A stretch of DNA of 64,000 nucleotides from an uncultured Acidobacteriaceae bacterium. GTDB lineage: Bacteria > Acidobacteriota > Terriglobia > Terriglobales > Acidobacteriaceae. The notes under the pieces are model-generated. The model did no database searches, had not been told where the DNA came from, and saw only the letters and a program-made list of their open reading frames with translations. Below are positions 60,965-64,000 of the stretch, piece by piece. The position numbers were made by a program, and so were the translations under genes. Location: contig CAWHOU010000049.1 of NCBI GenBank assembly GCA_963831055.1, positions 51,748 to 115,747 on the forward strand. The letters are read 5' to 3'. How positions within the stretch are numbered: the first letter of the stretch is position 1; the number at the start of each line of letters is the position of its first letter.

Positions 60965-63508
60965 CTATTCGATGCGCAACGCCGTCATCGGTTCCACGCT
61001 CGCCGCGCGTTGCGCCGGGATCACGGCGGCAAGAAACGCCGCAATGGCCAGGATCACCGTGGTCGCGATCAGTACAGCCGGGTCCCAGGGACGAACGTTG
61101 TAGAGCAGACTGGCCATGAATCGGCCTCCCAGGATCGCCGCCGGCATGCCAATAGCCAGCCCGATCCCCGCCTGCAGGAAGGCGCTGCGCAGCACCATCT
61201 GCACAATGCCTCCGCGATCCGCGCCCAGCGCCATGCGGATGCCGATTTCGCTCGTGCGCTGCGCCACCGAATACGCCGTCACGCCGTATAAACCGATTGC
61301 CGCCAGGGCCAGCGCCAGGAATCCGAAGACAGTCGTGAGCTGCACCAAAATCTCCTGCCGCAGAAACTCATTCTTGACCTGTTCTTCAAAGGTCTCGAAC
61401 TTAAGCATCGTCAGGTTTGGATTGATCTGCGAAAGCGTACGCCGCACCTGCGCCTCTAAGCCAGGAACAGACCCCCTGGTTTGAATCTCCACGCTGTTCA
61501 TCTCGAGGTGCGAGACATTCTCGAACATCATCTCGGAGGGATCGTCGTATTTCACCCATTGCGTTGCCGGCACAAAGAACATCGGACGTAAATGGCTGTC
61601 CGGATCCCAGTACTGCGTATCCTCGCTTATGCCGACAATCTCGAAGTTGCCGGCATACTTAGGGTCCTCGTCACCAAAGTGCTGGCCAATGGCATTGCCA
61701 TCCTTGAAGAAATGCCGGGCGAAATTCTGGTTGACTACGGCGACGTTGCGCGTCGCCGCCGTGTCCTGCTCCGTAATGCCGCGCCCGGTAATAATCCTGG
61801 TGCCTATATTGTCGAAGTACCCCGCGCTCACACGATCCCATGAGGCGTTGTTGAAGCCGCTGCCTGGCGCGGGCGGCGCCTGCCCTTCGATCCACACGTC
61901 TTCACCCCAGTTATTCCCCTCCATCGGGCTATAAAGCGACCAGGTCACTTCTTTGACGCCGGGAATCGCAGCCAGCGCGTCGTGCAGCTGGCGAAAGAAA
62001 GCGCCGGTCTGCTCCGCCTTGTAGGCCGCCATCTGCGGATCGATATGCAGGATGTAACGGTTGCGGGTTTCAAATCCAAAATGCTGATGCTGGAGATTGG
62101 TCAGGCTGCGAATGAGGAGTCCGGCCGCGCACAGCAGCGCCAGCGAGACCGCCGCCTGCAACACCACAAGAATCTTCTGCGTCCACAGCCCGCTGTGTTT
62201 CGTGGAGCGATTCGCGCCTCGCAACGCGTCGATGGGATCGGCATGCGCCGTCATCCAGGCAGGCGCCGTCCCGAAGAGAATGCCGGTGATAAGCGAAGCT
62301 GCGAATGCAAACCCCAAAACCGGCAGTGAAGGAGTCGCATCGATGGGCAGGTAGTTCTTGCCGGAAACCAGATGCACCAGCAGCCGCGCCCCAACATAAG
62401 CCACGCCAAGTCCGGCGATGCCGCCGAGGATCGCGAGAACCAGGCTCTCGGTCATCGCCTGGCGCACCAGCCGCCGGCGAGGTGCGCCCAGCGCCGTGCG
62501 AACCGAAGTTTGCGCTTTGCGCGAAGTCGCCCGTACCAGCATCAGATTCGCCAGATTCGCGCACGCAATCAACAGCACAAACGCCGAGATCCACATCAAC
62601 AGGTGCAGCCCATCTTTGAAGTTATCCTGCATTTGCCGCACACCGCCTCCGCCCGGAGATAGGTGCAGAGTTTGTTTCGGAATCAACCCGGCGTTGCGCG
62701 AATCGACCTTGCTGACAGGGCTCTGAAGAAACTGCCGCAGCTCCACCTGCAACTGCGCTTCCATGCGCTTGGTATCGGCGCCCGGTTCAAGACGGCCGAT
62801 CAGATTGAGCCAGTCCAGCTCCGGGCTGTCGAGTACATTGAAGCTGCCCCCCTGCACCTCGGGCGAATCGCTGAGCGGAATAAAAAATGCCGGCGGATCG
62901 ACTGTAAGGCGTTCGCCAAAGAAGCCGGGCGGCGTAATCCCCACAACGGTGAACGACAGGCCGTTGATCAGGAACGATGCCCCGACCACAGATGCATCCT
63001 TCCCGAATTTCTGCTGCCAGGTTCGATAGTTCATCACGGCAACCAGCGGCGCACCCTTGCGGTCGTCCGAGGCTTTCAGCAGGCGTCCCATCCAGGCGTT
63101 CAGGCCGAAAGTATCAAATGCATTCCCTGAGACGAATTCACCGGCATACGGTTCTGAGGCATGGTCGCTGCCCTGCCGCCGCACTCCCAACGTGGCTCGC
63201 CCCGCCTGAAATGCCGCGAGGCTCGAAAAACCAGGCGTATGGTCGCGGAATTCGCGGTACTGCTCCGTAGAAAAGAGCGACCAGTCGTCCTGCATACCGC
63301 CATTGATGCAGCAGTTTTCATTGTCGCCGATCCGGATCAGCTCGCTCGGCTTCGCCACCGGCAGCGACCTCAGCAGCACAGCGTGAATCAGCGTGAAAAT
63401 CGCGGTCGTTGCGCCAATCCCCAGCGCCAGCGTCAGAATCGCCGTGATCGTGAAACCCGGCGTCTTCAGGAATTGCCGCAGTGCGTAGCGAATATCGTCA
63501 AACAGCAT
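60965..63508 (-). CDS. ADOP-family duplicated FtsX/MacB-type ABC permease (847 aa)
   Basis: MLFDDIRYALRQFLKTPGFTITAILTLALGIGATTAIF N-terminus. Two MacB_PCD + FtsX modules. Confidence 0.9.
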   Translation of the reverse strand: MLFDDIRYALRQFLKTPGFTITAILTLALGIGATTAIFTLIHAVLLRSLPVAKPSELIRIGDNENCCINGGMQDDWSLFSTEQYREFRDHTPGFSSLAAFQAGRATLGVRRQGSDHASEPYAGEFVSGNAFDTFGLNAWMGRLLKASDDRKGAPLVAVMNYRTWQQKFGKDASVVGASFLINGLSFTVVGITPPGFFGERLTVDPPAFFIPLSDSPEVQGGSFNVLDSPELDWLNLIGRLEPGADTKRMEAQLQVELRQFLQSPVSKVDSRNAGLIPKQTLHLSPGGGGVRQMQDNFKDGLHLLMWISAFVLLIACANLANLMLVRATSRKAQTSVRTALGAPRRRLVRQAMTESLVLAILGGIAGLGVAYVGARLLVHLVSGKNYLPIDATPSLPVLGFAFAASLITGILFGTAPAWMTAHADPIDALRGANRSTKHSGLWTQKILVVLQAAVSLALLCAAGLLIRSLTNLQHQHFGFETRNRYILHIDPQMAAYKAEQTGAFFRQLHDALAAIPGVKEVTWSLYSPMEGNNWGEDVWIEGQAPPAPGSGFNNASWDRVSAGYFDNIGTRIITGRGITEQDTAATRNVAVVNQNFARHFFKDGNAIGQHFGDEDPKYAGNFEIVGISEDTQYWDPDSHLRPMFFVPATQWVKYDDPSEMMFENVSHLEMNSVEIQTRGSVPGLEAQVRRTLSQINPNLTMLKFETFEEQVKNEFLRQEILVQLTTVFGFLALALAAIGLYGVTAYSVAQRTSEIGIRMALGADRGGIVQMVLRSAFLQAGIGLAIGMPAAILGGRFMASLLYNVRPWDPAVLIATTVILAIAAFLAAVIPAQRAASVEPMTALRIE

Positions 63509-63598
63509 CGGGCGAACGACCCCTCTCGGTGGTTCTTCTTACGTTATCCCAGTGACAATGGTTTCAGGGCTAAAATACCGCTCATGGATGACGGTAAG

Positions 63599-64000
63599 CT
63601 AGCTCCACCTCTCCACCGTAACGTAGCGAACAGTGGCAGCAGGGTGCCGTTCAAGAATCAACCGAGTTGCCCCGACCGACTGTGACCGGTCCGTTCCGAA
63701 CGCAAGATGCCCGCCGTCATGCAGCAGCAGATTCGATCCGCGTCCGCGCCGGCGATTGCCTGCGATGCCCCGCTCCAGATGTCCGGCAATCTCTCCGGCG
63801 GTTATGTTCACGCGCCAGTCGAACCCCATCGCGTTCCACATCACCGCTGTCAGTCCCAGGTTGCGTGCCGCGCGGAGTACCCCGGGTAGCCGCGCCCCAA
63901 ACGGGGGACGAAAGAATCGCACCCGCTCCCCCAAGACGTCTTCGAGCGCCGCATTGCATCCCGCCAGCTCTTCCCTCACCCGTTGCGGACTCCCGACCGC
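63599..64000 (-). CDS. Polysaccharide deacetylase (NodB homology) family protein, C-terminal part (5' end beyond the window)
   Basis: FFRPPFGA..., LLLHDGG motifs. The reading frame is open to position 64000. Confidence 0.8.
   Translation of the reverse strand, partial: AVGSPQRVREELAGCNAALEDVLGERVRFFRPPFGARLPGVLRAARNLGLTAVMWNAMGFDWRVNITAGEIAGHLERGIAGNRRRGRGSNLLLHDGGHLAFGTDRSQSVGATRLILERHPAATVRYVTVERWS

Overview
High-GC bacterial chromosomal segment. It is most consistent with an Acidobacteriota (Terriglobia-like) genome; this is an inference from the ADOP-type duplicated FtsX permease, the 'HPERSEGP'-type intergenic repeat and the abundant 7-bp microsatellites. I support about 55 protein genes and one tRNA-Val(TAC). 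I saw no rRNA, CRISPR array, transposase or integrase.

Core content:
- Translation, repair and stress: truB, lepA, uvrB, katG, hfq-hflX.
- Pterin genes: folE plus two tandem PTPS/QueD paralogs.
- ATP synthase: an F1Fo sub-operon atpF'-F-H-A-G-D-C, with no a or c subunit genes nearby.
- Catabolism and salvage: acyl-CoA carboxyltransferase, HMG-CoA-lyase-like, CoA-transferase B, mtnA.
- An Anbu proteasome-like protease placed divergently from a transglutaminase gene.
- Many transporters: SSS, APC, MATE, MFS, ArsB/NhaD, ADOP.

Accessory islets (two, small and visibly AT-richer):
- 18.1-21.1 kb, next to tRNA-Val: a DUF2188-like gene, a frameshifted TIR/NDT-like gene, a tandem CCCH protein and C/A-rich tracts.
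- 57.4-59.4 kb: a decaying higBA-type toxin-antitoxin locus with a deleted second copy.

Window-wide oddities:
1. A family of 7-bp-period microsatellites (CCCTAYT / GGCTACT / CCTGYNN) at 10 or more gene boundaries, almost all in one orientation. One forms nine consecutive GGG tracts on the truB sense strand.
2. At least six conserved genes carry apparent 1-nt frameshifts, often in short homopolymers. This is either assembly error or real gene decay.
3. Orphan promoter and terminator pairs suggest unannotated small RNAs, one of them convergent with hfq-hflX.

I could not recognise a complete known defence or mobile system. The novelty candidates below are hypotheses from reading the sequence only.
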